From assembly GCA_038844785.1 (NCBI GenBank), contig JAWBRA010000009.1, positions 1-64,000 on the forward strand: a stretch of DNA of 64,000 bases, given 5' to 3'. The notes below the pieces were generated by a model. It did no database searches and had not been told where the DNA came from. It worked only from the letters and a program-made list of their open reading frames with translations. The stretch comes from Candidatus Caldarchaeum sp. (GTDB taxonomy: Archaea; Thermoproteota; Nitrososphaeria_A; Caldarchaeales; Caldarchaeaceae). Positions 49,040 to 58,926 of the stretch are shown one piece after another (the first letter of the stretch is position 1; every line of letters begins with the position of its first letter). Made by a program: the position numbers and the translations under genes.

Positions 49040-49756
49040 GCCGCCTGGTTTAAATCCTTCGTAGAAAAGCGTGGGTGGAAGGGTGGCTGAGATTTTTATC
49101 AGAGAGCCGTCTTTCAAGCCAAGCTTTTCCCTTAGGTTCTCCTCGGCCACGAGCTCGGCTACAGAGCTGTCGTAAAGCGTTCTCTCAGGGAAAACCATAA
49201 CAGCTGGCTGAGTATCGTTAACCAGCACTTTTATGGCTTTCACAGATCCGTAGGTTCGTTTCTCGTCACGGAAGCCGCTTATCTCGATGTCGGCATGCTT
49301 CTGAAGAAACAGCTTATTCTCGATCGAGTCCTTGGATAGCAGAGATACGTTTAACGTGCCTGGATACGGGATGAAGCCGAATTTTTCCTTCATCTGTTTT
49401 ACGTAGCCGGGCAGGCTCATGTAGTAAGCCCCTTCACCATAGCCTGAGAAAACACGCCCCCCCATAACAATCTTGACTGGTCTTTCGAAAACCATCTTCA
49501 ACGAAAGATAGAGGTCCAGTAGAAGCGCCACCCCTTTCTTTGTCAGTTTAACGTAGCTGGTCCTTCCAACTACACGTCTTTCAATCAACCCATCCCGCTC
49601 CAGGATTATCAAAAGCCTAGAGGCTGATTGCTGGGACGTTCCGAAATGTTTTGACAGGATTGGGGTGGTGATTTTGAGGCTGTTGGTTATAGCGCCTGTT
49701 TCAGCCAAGTAAATCAATACTTTCTCCCTCAGAGAGAGGTTCCGCAACCTCGTCAA
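49004..49756 (-). CDS. ribK: CTP-dependent riboflavin kinase with N-terminal wHTH
   Basis: SQQSASR HTH, SGYGEGAYY, PYPGTLN, LR..L.LKDG. Confidence 0.9.
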   Translation of the reverse strand: MTRLRNLSLREKVLIYLAETGAITNSLKITTPILSKHFGTSQQSASRLLIILERDGLIERRVVGRTSYVKLTKKGVALLLDLYLSLKMVFERPVKIVMGGRVFSGYGEGAYYMSLPGYVKQMKEKFGFIPYPGTLNVSLLSKDSIENKLFLQKHADIEISGFRDEKRTYGSVKAIKVLVNDTQPAVMVFPERTLYDSSVAELVAEENLREKLGLKDGSLIKISATLPPTLFYEGFKPGGLTSQSSTQDTS

Positions 49757-49797
49757 GCTTTTCCACGGGCGCCATTTAAATATTAGGTCTGAAAATG

Positions 49798-50403
49798 TTA
49801 AAGGCTTATCGTGTCATCGGCTTTTAGGCCGTTTGACGTGTAAAGCAAAATGTCTATCCCGTTGCCGCTTCCCGCGTCCCTAGATATGGATGCTTTTATG
49901 GATTTTGCGGCAAGTTCGTAAACCTCGGCCGGCCCCATGTCGCGTTTGTACAGGTTTTCAATAACACCTACCGCTATCTCGGCACCAGTTCCGACGACCG
50001 CGTAATCGTCCTCTATCATTGAGCCTAGTGGGTCGAGGACTATTACGTGAGGCCCCTCTCGGTCTACGCCGCCTACGATAGTTTCCATGAAGTATGGAAA
50101 AAACCTGTTGCCGAAAAGGTTCCATGACAGGATTTTAGCCACTGTTCTAACGCTGGGCTCTATATTCTGCTCGAGCCTGTACAGGTTTGTAACCGCTGTC
50201 ACTTCCTTTATAAGGTTTTGCATGTCTGCCACCACCCCTGCGCACGCCGCCCCTACGTAGTTTGTTATTTTGAAGACTTTACGGGCCTGTTTAGACATGA
50301 CAAAATATCCATAGGCAAACCTCTTCTCCGCCGCGATCGCGACGCAGTCACGTCCCCTTATCCCTACCGTTGTAGCTCCAGGGTAGTATAATGGTGTAGC
50401 CAA
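49798..50403 (-). CDS. psmB: Proteasome beta subunit (Thr1 apparently replaced by Ala)
   Basis: PG-ATTVG, AAEKR, AGVVAD.Q, SRDAGSGNG. Confidence 0.92.
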   Translation of the reverse strand: MATPLYYPGATTVGIRGRDCVAIAAEKRFAYGYFVMSKQARKVFKITNYVGAACAGVVADMQNLIKEVTAVTNLYRLEQNIEPSVRTVAKILSWNLFGNRFFPYFMETIVGGVDREGPHVIVLDPLGSMIEDDYAVVGTGAEIAVGVIENLYKRDMGPAEVYELAAKSIKASISRDAGSGNGIDILLYTSNGLKADDTISL

Positions 50404-50480
50404 CTCTGAGACCCAGCCAGTTATTTGTATCGCCTCTAATTAACTCTTAACACGTCAATCCATAAAAACAATCGATCCCT

Positions 50481-51590
50481 TTGTCTGATTGGATGGAGGA
50501 TTACGTTCAGCTAGACGGCTCAATAGGCGAGGGTGGTGGACAGGTTTTACGGGTGGCTTTGGCAATCTCAGCCGTTCTAGGAAAGCCGCTTCACATAACC
50601 AACATCAGGCGAAAAAGACAGAACCCAGGTCTTCGCAACCAGCATCTTACAGCTGTTACCGCCGTGCAGAAAGCGTGTTCCGCGCAGGTGAAGGGGGCGT
50701 TCATAGGCTCAACCGAACTTTACTTTAGTCCAGGCAGGATTTCAACATCGAGACTTGAGCTTGACACAGGTACGGCAGGAAGCACGACGCTCGTCCTCCA
50801 ATCTCTGCTGCCGGTTTTGTGCTTTGGACCCAGGTTAACAAGCTTCAGCGTCAGGGGTGGGACAAACAACCCTAACGCCCCCACATACGAGTATTTCGAG
50901 CAAGTTTTTCTTCCATCGGTTGCGCCCATGGGCTTGGATGTGGAGCTGAGGCTTTTGAAGAGAGGGTTCTACCCACGCGGGAACGGTATAGTCAGCGGGC
51001 TGTGCAGGCCTGTCAGAAAGCTTAGCCCGATAAATCTGACAGGAGAGCCTAAAGTGGTTAAGGTGGTGGGGATAGCCTATACCTCCCGTCTTCCATCCCA
51101 TGTCGCTGAGCGGATGGCAAAAACATGTGAGAAACACTTGGTTGAAAAAGGCTATGAAAACGTATTCATTGAAAAAGAGGTTTTGACGGAGGTTGATGCA
51201 AAGTGCGCTTTGGACGCCGGCGCTGGGATATGCCTTGTTGCCGTTTGCGAGAACGGGGTTCGCATAGGTGTTGACAGGCTTGGCGAGAAGGGTGTGCCAG
51301 CCGAAAAGGTTGGGCAGGCAGCCGCTGAGGACCTTGTCTCCGAGCTGCAGCAAAAAGCACCTGTTGACAGACACTTAGGCGACATGCTCTCAATCTACGC
51401 CGCCTTAGCAGACGGCCGCTCAGTCTATGAGGTGACGAAGCTGACAAACCACACTCTGACCAGCGTTCAGCTATGCCAGATTTTGGCTGGCTGCAAAGCA
51501 AGAGTGCATGGGTCTTTGAACGAAAGAGGTATGATTGAGATAGATGGAATAGGTTTCGTCAACAAAAACCTCGCCGACGCTAACGCCTAA
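50481..51590 (+). CDS. rtcA: RNA 3'-terminal phosphate cyclase
   Basis: EGGGQVLR, PGLRNQH, RGFYPRG.G, H in LTNH. Confidence 0.93.
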   Translation: MSDWMEDYVQLDGSIGEGGGQVLRVALAISAVLGKPLHITNIRRKRQNPGLRNQHLTAVTAVQKACSAQVKGAFIGSTELYFSPGRISTSRLELDTGTAGSTTLVLQSLLPVLCFGPRLTSFSVRGGTNNPNAPTYEYFEQVFLPSVAPMGLDVELRLLKRGFYPRGNGIVSGLCRPVRKLSPINLTGEPKVVKVVGIAYTSRLPSHVAERMAKTCEKHLVEKGYENVFIEKEVLTEVDAKCALDAGAGICLVAVCENGVRIGVDRLGEKGVPAEKVGQAAAEDLVSELQQKAPVDRHLGDMLSIYAALADGRSVYEVTKLTNHTLTSVQLCQILAGCKARVHGSLNERGMIEIDGIGFVNKNLADANA

Positions 51591-51617
51591 TATACAACCA
51601 AACCGTGATGAGTCGGG

Positions 51618-52136
51618 ATGAGAAGGGGGCTTTTCATCGGAAGGTTCCAGCCTTTTCATTTAGGACACTTGGAAGCCGTCAAATACATTCTTGAAAGAGA
51701 AGATGAATGTATAATAGGTGTTGGAAGCGCCCAGTTCAGCCACACGGTTGAAAACCCTTTCACAGCGGGCGAGAGGGTTGAAATAATATATCGTACGCTT
51801 AAGCCTTCGGGGGTTGATCTGAGCAGGTGCTACGTCATCCCGGTGCCCGACATCGGCGAGCATAAGCTTTGGGTTTCACGTGTGATCTCCTTCTGTCCAT
51901 CCTTCCAAACAGTCTACAGCAACAACAGCCTTGTAAAAATCTTGTTCGAGGAATGGGGTTACAGGGTTGAAGGCGTTCCATTCTTTGACCGCAACAGGCT
52001 GATGGGTACGGAGATTAGAAAGCTGATAGCACAGTCAGGGGATTGGCGGAGCAGGCTCCACCCAGAAGCCGTTAAATATCTTGAAAGCATCAAATGCGAG
52101 GAAAGGTTAGCAGCCCTCTTTAAAAACGACTTTTAG
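51618..52136 (+). CDS. nadM: Nicotinamide-nucleotide adenylyltransferase
   Basis: GRFQPFHLGH, NPFTAGER, GTEIR. Confidence 0.93.
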   Translation: MRRGLFIGRFQPFHLGHLEAVKYILEREDECIIGVGSAQFSHTVENPFTAGERVEIIYRTLKPSGVDLSRCYVIPVPDIGEHKLWVSRVISFCPSFQTVYSNNSLVKILFEEWGYRVEGVPFFDRNRLMGTEIRKLIAQSGDWRSRLHPEAVKYLESIKCEERLAALFKNDF

Positions 52137-52911
52137 ATATCAACAGCCTTTCGCCAGGCCGTATTGCGAGGGCTTTCGCCGCGTTTCCCCTGTTTACAGC
52201 TATCTCCAAGTAGCCTGTCCCCCCGACCAGCAGAACAAGCTCTCCTTCAGATGCCTGTGAATAGTAGCTCACGACCTTAACTTTGTCGAAAGAGCTGTCG
52301 GCAGCCTTTATGTCAACGGTTTTCCAGCTTTCGGGGAGCGTGCCTTGGATGTTCAGTATGATGTTTCCAAACCTGTCGACGTGTAAGGCCGTGGCTTCCA
52401 CCGAATTCTCCCCCAACTTCGGCTTCGGAATCCCAAGCTCATTCATTTGTTTTTTCTCCTCCACAAACCTCAGCCAATTTTTCCCCGCGATAAAAAGACC
52501 CGCGAACTCTGCGAAAACATCTCGCCCATGGAAGGTCGGAGAGACCGAGGGAATTTTCTCGACAACAATCCTGTAAATTTTCGAAATACCCTCTGCTGAT
52601 ACTGCTGGATAAAGCAATCCCGTGTCAGGGCCTATAAACATTTTTCCCCTCGCTGTCTTCACGGCTATTGCGTCCCGGTGACCACCCACGGTGGGGTCTA
52701 CAACAGCTAAAAAGACTGTGTTATCCGGGAAAGATTTTGCCGCAAGCATGAGGAGAAAAGCCCCCTCCAAAACGTTAAAGGGATCGATTTCGTGGGTGAT
52801 GTCAACTATTACTGCATCAGCCCTGTGTTTGAGGATGACGGCCTTAACCTCGGCTACGTACGTGTCCCGTGTCCCATAATCGGTCAGCAAAGCCACAACT
52901 GGCTTTTTCAA
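52120..52911 (-). CDS. SAM hydroxide adenosyltransferase (DUF62/chlorinase family)
   Basis: LLTDYG, VVDP.VG, TFHGRDVF, DRFGN, LEIAVNRG. Likely TTG start. Confidence 0.9.
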   Translation of the reverse strand: MKKPVVALLTDYGTRDTYVAEVKAVILKHRADAVIVDITHEIDPFNVLEGAFLLMLAAKSFPDNTVFLAVVDPTVGGHRDAIAVKTARGKMFIGPDTGLLYPAVSAEGISKIYRIVVEKIPSVSPTFHGRDVFAEFAGLFIAGKNWLRFVEEKKQMNELGIPKPKLGENSVEATALHVDRFGNIILNIQGTLPESWKTVDIKAADSSFDKVKVVSYYSQASEGELVLLVGGTGYLEIAVNRGNAAKALAIRPGERLLISKSRF

Positions 52912-52942
52912 GTTTTTAACCAAGCTCGGGAAAAACATATCG

Positions 52943-53299
52943 ATGCGCAAATATAAACAAGTCATCGTTATTCGCTCAGACCTCAGGATGAGCGTCGGCA
53001 AGACGGCCTCTCAAGCATCCCATGCAGCCGTGCTTGCATTGGAGAACGCCAGGAAAAGAAACCCCGACTGGGTTGAGGAATGGTTTGCGTCTGGCCAGAA
53101 AAAAGTAGTTCTTAAAGTCGTCTCTGAACAGGAGTTGAGAAGGCTTGCAGAACTCTGTGCCTTCAGGGGTCTTCCGTATGAAGTCGTTGAGGACGCTGGC
53201 TTAACTGAGCTTCCTCCGGGCACGGCTACCGCCCTCGGCATTGGCCCCGCCCCTGAGGAAGAGGTTGATAGGATAACGGGAAGCCTTCCGTTGCTCTAA
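52943..53299 (+). CDS. pth2: Peptidyl-tRNA hydrolase Pth2
   Basis: KQVIVIR.DL.M..GK, GQKKVV, DAGLT, GIGP. Confidence 0.93.
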   Translation: MRKYKQVIVIRSDLRMSVGKTASQASHAAVLALENARKRNPDWVEEWFASGQKKVVLKVVSEQELRRLAELCAFRGLPYEVVEDAGLTELPPGTATALGIGPAPEEEVDRITGSLPLL

Positions 53300-53327
53300 A
53301 CTTATGAGATAGCCGTGAGGAACTAGT

Positions 53328-54005
53328 TTGATGTATGAGAGGGGGACGACGGTTACATATGGCTTGATCGCCGTAAACTTCGCCGTTTGGCTTCTGATAA
53401 ACCTTGTATTCAGAAGCCAAACGCTGCTCTCAGCCTTCCTTTTAACGTTTGGAGCTGTTCCCATATTCATACTTAACGGACAAAACTTCTTCTCGCTCGT
53501 CACCTACATGTTTGTACACGTTGACCTGATCCACATACTTCTCAACATGTACAGCCTTTTCCTATTCGGAAGGGATGTGGAAAACTATGTCGGGTCTGGA
53601 AAGTTTTTAGCTGTATATCTGTTGGGCGGGGTTGCAGCCGCACTCTTCCACATCTTTTACTTTGCCTGGTTTCTGGCGCTTGAGTGTTCACCGTTCATTA
53701 GGCCTATACCGTCAGCATGTTTAACACCTTCCATAGGAGCCTCGGGAGCTATTTTCGGAATCATGGGCAGTTATCTGGTCTTCTTCCCGCATAGACGTCT
53801 TTACGCCTTTATGTGGTTTATACCGATGGTTGCTCCAGCTTACGTTGTTATCCTAGGGTTTATTCTGATTCAAACCGTCTTCATGCTCACCACCCCTTTC
53901 AGCACAATAGCCTACACAGCCCACGTTGGAGGTTTCATAGCAGGCCTGCTCCTCTCGCTGCCGCTGCGTAGACGCTGGACGCCAGAATGGTACTATTACG
54001 GCTGA
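53328..54005 (+). CDS. Rhomboid intramembrane serine protease
   Basis: HILLNM, GASGA, AHVGG. Confidence 0.92.
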   Translation: MMYERGTTVTYGLIAVNFAVWLLINLVFRSQTLLSAFLLTFGAVPIFILNGQNFFSLVTYMFVHVDLIHILLNMYSLFLFGRDVENYVGSGKFLAVYLLGGVAAALFHIFYFAWFLALECSPFIRPIPSACLTPSIGASGAIFGIMGSYLVFFPHRRLYAFMWFIPMVAPAYVVILGFILIQTVFMLTTPFSTIAYTAHVGGFIAGLLLSLPLRRRWTPEWYYYG

Positions 54006-54049
54006 ATTCTATATCTATAAAAATCAGCAACCCGTTAAATGGCTAAGTC

Positions 54050-54706
54050 ATGTGGACCCCTGCTAGGTCTGTCTTCCCGGGATACTATAGGACGGGAATA
54101 TTCGGCTATAGGTACGCTGACTCAAAGTCGATTTTGGAGATGGTTGAGGAGACTGAGGTGCCTGCCAAAAAAGTGAATGAGACAATCGCAAGGTATGGTG
54201 TTGAAAAAGTCCATAAAGTAGAAGGCCCTCGCGGCGTTGAGTATTTGCTGTACAGGTTCCGGAACTTCAGGCTCATCCGCTACCTCCTCAACTGGGGTAG
54301 GATGGCCTCTCTTTTTCCAGCCCATATAACAACTGCATGCTGTTCCGTGGAATTTGCTGCAACACACTCTCCACGATACGATCCGGAGAGGTTTGGATGG
54401 CTGCCTGCGACGGGAAGCCTGCGACAGTCCGACGTTTTGGTTGTTGAAGGAACAGTCTCGTCGAAGATGGCCATGCGGCTGAGGCTAATCTACGACCAAA
54501 TGCCTGACCCAAAATGGGTCATAGCGATGGGCGCCTGTGCTATAAGCGGGGGACTGTACGCGAAAGATTCATACAACGTTGTGCAAGGAATAGACGATAT
54601 TCTACCAGTTGACGTCTACGTTCCCGGCTGCCCGCCGCGGCCTGAAACACTTTTCCAAGCTATCCTGCTTCTCCGCGAGAAAATCCTTTACGGGAGGGTG
54701 GTTTGA
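54050..54706 (+). CDS. nuoB: NADH-quinone oxidoreductase subunit B
   Basis: ACCSVE, MGACAISGG, PGCPPRPE. Confidence 0.93.
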   Translation: MWTPARSVFPGYYRTGIFGYRYADSKSILEMVEETEVPAKKVNETIARYGVEKVHKVEGPRGVEYLLYRFRNFRLIRYLLNWGRMASLFPAHITTACCSVEFAATHSPRYDPERFGWLPATGSLRQSDVLVVEGTVSSKMAMRLRLIYDQMPDPKWVIAMGACAISGGLYAKDSYNVVQGIDDILPVDVYVPGCPPRPETLFQAILLLREKILYGRVV

Positions 54707-55191
54707 TGTCAGCATCTCCCCACCAAGCTGTTTTGGAATCGGTTGAAAAAAGGTTCGGGAAAGCCTTGGAGAAAGTCGTTGACGAGAAAAAATTGGTTAA
54801 GATGGTTGTAGAAGTTGACGTTCTGAAGAAAGCTGCTGCCTACTTACGGGACAATCATGGATTCGACCACGTGAAGGCAGTCACGGCTGTTGACTTAAGC
54901 AGGCTTCTCAAGAAGGAAAACAAGATAGAAGTAATTTATCACTTGGGTTCCTACAGTAGGCAGGAGCTTTTCAGAGCCGATTTGGCTCTTTCGGTAAAGC
55001 TCGACAAAAACAACCCACGCATGCCCTCTTTGACGGACATATGGCCGAGCTGCGAATACCATGAAAGAGAGGTTTACGAGATGTTCGGAGTGTTTTTCGA
55101 AGGCCATCCCGACCTCAGGAGGCTTCTCCTTCCTGAGTACTGGAGTGATATTCCACCCATGCTCAAGGAGTACGAACCACCAGGCAGGTGA
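54703..55191 (+). CDS. nuoC: NADH-quinone oxidoreductase subunit C
   Basis: EREVYEMFGV.FEGHPDLRR. Confidence 0.92.
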   Translation: MMSASPHQAVLESVEKRFGKALEKVVDEKKLVKMVVEVDVLKKAAAYLRDNHGFDHVKAVTAVDLSRLLKKENKIEVIYHLGSYSRQELFRADLALSVKLDKNNPRMPSLTDIWPSCEYHEREVYEMFGVFFEGHPDLRRLLLPEYWSDIPPMLKEYEPPGR

Positions 55192-56423
55192 TTGCGATGA
55201 CTGTGATGGAGAAGGGTGAGGAAGTCAAACGTATGGAGTTTTATGACGTCGGTGAAGCCGTTTTAAAGGTTAGCTACGGTCCCCAGCATCCAGGAACAGG
55301 CCACTTCAGGCTCATCGTCACCGTTTCAGGCGACACAGTTGTCGAAGCAGACCCCGACCCAGGCTTCGTACATAGAGGCGAGGAAAAGCTTGCGGAATAC
55401 AAAACATGGATAACAAACATCCCCCACTTGGAAAGGCCTGTTATCCTAGACTCCGCCGGCATACAGTACCCTTATGTTCTGGCTGTAGAAAAGCTGATGG
55501 GTGTCGAACCTCCTGAGAGGGCAAAGTATCTAAGAGTCATAATGGCTGAGCTTCAGAGGATTGCAAGCCATCTTTACTGGTTCGCCCTCTACGGCGTCTT
55601 CCTAGGCCATTCAACAATGTTTCTCTGGTGTTTCGGAGACCGGGAATACCTGGTTGACTTGACATCCCTGATAGGGGGGCAGCGTATCACACACGCATAC
55701 TTCGAGCCAGGAGGGGTTAGGAATGACATTCCAAAGAATGTGCCGAGAGAGCTGGTGAAAGAGTTTTCACGCTACTACAGAATGGTTACGGGCAAGGAGC
55801 TCCCGTCAGACAGTACCGACTTCAAAAAATACACGCTGGCCGTGTGTGAGTTCTTTGACGGAAGGCTGGACGACTACTGGGACATGTTCTTCAACAACGA
55901 GCTGTTCATCAGCAGGACGAAGGACGTGGGGGTCTTAAGCCAGGGAGACGCCGTAAGGCTTGGAGCCGTAGGCACAACACTCAGGGCTTCAGGCATAAAA
56001 TACGACAACAGAGTAAACAACCCCTACGACGCCTATCCCCAGCTCAAGTTCGACGTCCCAGCGGGATCAAGGGGAGACTGCTACGACAGGGCGATAGTGG
56101 GCTTTAAGGAGATGCGTGAAAGCGTGAGGATAATCAGCCAAGCAGTTGAGATGATGCCCGACGGCCCCGTCAAGCTCAAGCAGCATCCGATAAACATACG
56201 TGTGCCAGCCGGCGAAGCCGTCGCAAGAACGGAAGCAGCACGCGGAGAGATGATGTACTACATAAGAAGCGAGGGAGGGGACAAGCCGTACAGAGTTAAA
56301 ATAAGCCCACCTTCGTTCAGGCTTCTGCCAGTCATGAAATATCTGTTAAGAGGAGAGCAGATAGCCAACATACCTCCGATTTACTGGTCGCTTAACTACT
56401 GGCCGGTTGAGGCCGACCGCTAG
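55188..56423 (+). CDS. nuoD: NADH-quinone oxidoreductase subunit D
   Basis: GPQHP, HRG.EK, EL.RI.SH, GDCYDR, terminal EADR; no NiFe CxxC motifs. Confidence 0.93.
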   Translation: MIAMTVMEKGEEVKRMEFYDVGEAVLKVSYGPQHPGTGHFRLIVTVSGDTVVEADPDPGFVHRGEEKLAEYKTWITNIPHLERPVILDSAGIQYPYVLAVEKLMGVEPPERAKYLRVIMAELQRIASHLYWFALYGVFLGHSTMFLWCFGDREYLVDLTSLIGGQRITHAYFEPGGVRNDIPKNVPRELVKEFSRYYRMVTGKELPSDSTDFKKYTLAVCEFFDGRLDDYWDMFFNNELFISRTKDVGVLSQGDAVRLGAVGTTLRASGIKYDNRVNNPYDAYPQLKFDVPAGSRGDCYDRAIVGFKEMRESVRIISQAVEMMPDGPVKLKQHPINIRVPAGEAVARTEAARGEMMYYIRSEGGDKPYRVKISPPSFRLLPVMKYLLRGEQIANIPPIYWSLNYWPVEADR

Positions 56424-56424
56424 C

Positions 56425-58908
56425 CTACATGAAGCTTTCCAAGCTCGTCAAGCCGACAACGCTGTCGAAATCTATCTCCAGAGGGTCGAGAACCTGCTCG
56501 AAGGTTGAACGCATGTACTCGATGTACTTGTCTACGTCCACGGCTTCCTTCCTAGCCAGCTGAAGCGGCGTCACCCCCTCCCTATCCTTTGTTTTGACAA
56601 AGCTTATTATGTCTCCAGGCCCAACTTTAACCCCCAAGGCCTGAAGCTTTTTAGCCGCCTTAACATGCTGCGGCGTCGTCTTCTCATACCTCTCAATCGT
56701 CTTCGACATCATGACCCTGAACGCAAGCTGGTCGATCTCGAAGGTTCTGTTCTTGAGCTTCGAATACCATGCCGCTATGACTTCCCGGATGTTTTTCTTA
56801 ACTCTTTCAAGGTCTTCGGCCGTCTTTACCTCCGCCAGCTGCCTCAGCATCTCGTCGAAAGCTTCCTTGATGAATACGGGGATGTTTCTCTTCTTGCCCG
56901 TCAGCCCCTTGACATCCACTATTCCTCTGTCGGTAACGCCCAGGTAGTTCTTTTTCCTCCGGCTGAAAACCACATATCTATAGACTTTGTCAAACTCAAG
57001 CTCCAGCCTGAACTTTTCCCTAGCCCATCTGATCAGCTCATTAACCTGCGCTGGGTCTGTTGTCTTCAGGAAGATAGAGTCCGTGTCGCCGTACACGACG
57101 AGTATGTTAAGCGACCTGGCTTTATCGATAGCCGACTGAAAAACATACCGGCCTATTGCCGTAGTGCTTTCGGCAAGAGGCGGGCAGTACAGAGGAAACT
57201 CCTCAAAACCTAGGACGCCGTAGCTTGCGTTAAGGAATACCTTTAAAGCCCTTTGAACAACCTCGTACCAGCTTCTCTGGACAGCTGTTAACGACTTGTC
57301 GGACGCCATCGGCTTATACCATTTAACCCGAATGTCTCTTATCGCGCCTATTATGCCGCTTTGGAGCCCTTGTCTTTTCGAGCAGACCCAGTGGGTTGTC
57401 TCAGGGATTTTGTTGCTTCTGCATTCTTGATGGGGGCAGTTGATTGTTTCGAAGCTCAGGTTGTATTCCTTGAGAACGCTTGGATACAGTGAGGCGAAAT
57501 CCAACACAGTTACGTTGAAATGAACGCCGGGAACAGGTTCGACAACCAGCCCACCCCTGTATTTTTTCCCTTCTATGATGGCTTTTGTACTGGTTTCTCC
57601 CTTGGCTGATATTAGGTCTTCTTTCAAGGGTATCAACCAGTTAAGCCCCCGTAGCTCCCAGTACAGAAGGTTTTTGATCCATCCGCTTACGCCGTGTCTG
57701 CAAACGTCTTCCAAGGGCATTCTGCTTATGCGTGAAATAACAGCCATCAGCCTCAGAAGGAGGCGGTCACCAACCTCAACCATGTCTCTTAAAAGCCTCG
57801 AGTCTCTATAGCTATAGCTCGCCAGCTCTTGGAGGCTGAGCTCGCCCAAAGGCTTCTCAATCTGAACCTTCCCAACGCCGAGCAAAGCCTTAGCCACGCC
57901 GTCAAGCGTGTATTCCCTGTAGCGGTTGTCGAAGGCGTAGACCTGCACCGACTTGTTGTTGAAGAAACGGTAAAGGTCGAGATGCACCCCCTTTCTAAGG
58001 GTTGCACCATCTCTCCCAATGTTTATCGGTATTTTGTTCCTTGGGATGTTGAGCTTTTCAGCCCTGTTTTTTAGGTAGGGTAGGTCGAATTCGTCACCGT
58101 TGAATGACACAACAATCGGATAGTCTTCCATTATCTCGAAACATCTTAACAGCAGCGCTGCCTCATCGTCAAATACTTCCAAAGCGAACTCACCGCCCTC
58201 AAAATGCATTTCAATATTATCTCTCTTTAACACTAGCACTTTGTTCATGTTCTTTGTTCCAGAGAAGGATACAGCTACAACTCTGTCCTCCGGGTTGGAG
58301 GGGGATGGCACACGGGTCGGCGACTCGCCCAGAATCTCAATATCTAGAGCGGTGAAATCGATGGGAGGATGCTCCGACTCGAGAATATCAAGCCATTTTT
58401 TTATCTCTCTCTTCTCGTTGTCGGAAAGATCCTTAAAAAACTTCTCAAGGATTTGCTGGACTTTCTCCGCGTCTCCCAGTAAGGGTGTGAATTTACCGTT
58501 TTCAACCGTGTAAACCAGGCTTGGAACAAGCCTGTTATCGTAGATGTAGTTTAGATGGTAGGGTATGTCGGCTTCCCAGCTTCTCACCATCTCTCGTATA
58601 GACTTTTTTGTTCCACCTACTGCGAGCGGGTCCGTAGCCTTTATTAAAGTCATGGTTATGTTTCGGTCGTTGATGCTGTCGTATTTCTCAACCTCGACAA
58701 ACTCTACCGCTCCAGCCTCTTTAAGCCTTGGGTCGTTAGCCAGCTCGGCTGCGGGTTTGTCGCTCAAGCAGTATGGTTTATGTCCTGTATTATCCATGTG
58801 TATTGTGACTCTCTTGGTTTCGAGGTCAAGCAGCTTGAGGTAAGCCTTCCTCTCCTGCCCGTCATACCCAACGCCCAGAAGGAAATACTTAGACATCTTC
58901 CGAAACAT
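56425..58908 (-). CDS. polB: Family B DNA polymerase (PolB1-like)
   Basis: DIE exonuclease motif, FNGDEFD, DFASLYPS, K.FLNASYG, YGDTDS; no intein seen. Confidence 0.95.
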   Translation of the reverse strand: MFRKMSKYFLLGVGYDGQERKAYLKLLDLETKRVTIHMDNTGHKPYCLSDKPAAELANDPRLKEAGAVEFVEVEKYDSINDRNITMTLIKATDPLAVGGTKKSIREMVRSWEADIPYHLNYIYDNRLVPSLVYTVENGKFTPLLGDAEKVQQILEKFFKDLSDNEKREIKKWLDILESEHPPIDFTALDIEILGESPTRVPSPSNPEDRVVAVSFSGTKNMNKVLVLKRDNIEMHFEGGEFALEVFDDEAALLLRCFEIMEDYPIVVSFNGDEFDLPYLKNRAEKLNIPRNKIPINIGRDGATLRKGVHLDLYRFFNNKSVQVYAFDNRYREYTLDGVAKALLGVGKVQIEKPLGELSLQELASYSYRDSRLLRDMVEVGDRLLLRLMAVISRISRMPLEDVCRHGVSGWIKNLLYWELRGLNWLIPLKEDLISAKGETSTKAIIEGKKYRGGLVVEPVPGVHFNVTVLDFASLYPSVLKEYNLSFETINCPHQECRSNKIPETTHWVCSKRQGLQSGIIGAIRDIRVKWYKPMASDKSLTAVQRSWYEVVQRALKVFLNASYGVLGFEEFPLYCPPLAESTTAIGRYVFQSAIDKARSLNILVVYGDTDSIFLKTTDPAQVNELIRWAREKFRLELEFDKVYRYVVFSRRKKNYLGVTDRGIVDVKGLTGKKRNIPVFIKEAFDEMLRQLAEVKTAEDLERVKKNIREVIAAWYSKLKNRTFEIDQLAFRVMMSKTIERYEKTTPQHVKAAKKLQALGVKVGPGDIISFVKTKDREGVTPLQLARKEAVDVDKYIEYMRSTFEQVLDPLEIDFDSVVGLTSLESFM

Positions 58909-58926
58909 TCAGTCAACGATGGCTTT

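Noticed and set aside
54050-56423. Group 4 NiFe hydrogenase
   Set aside because: The large subunit lacks the Ni-binding CxxC motifs, so these are complex I subunits.
56425-58908. Intein in PolB
   Set aside because: Normal length with contiguous motifs.
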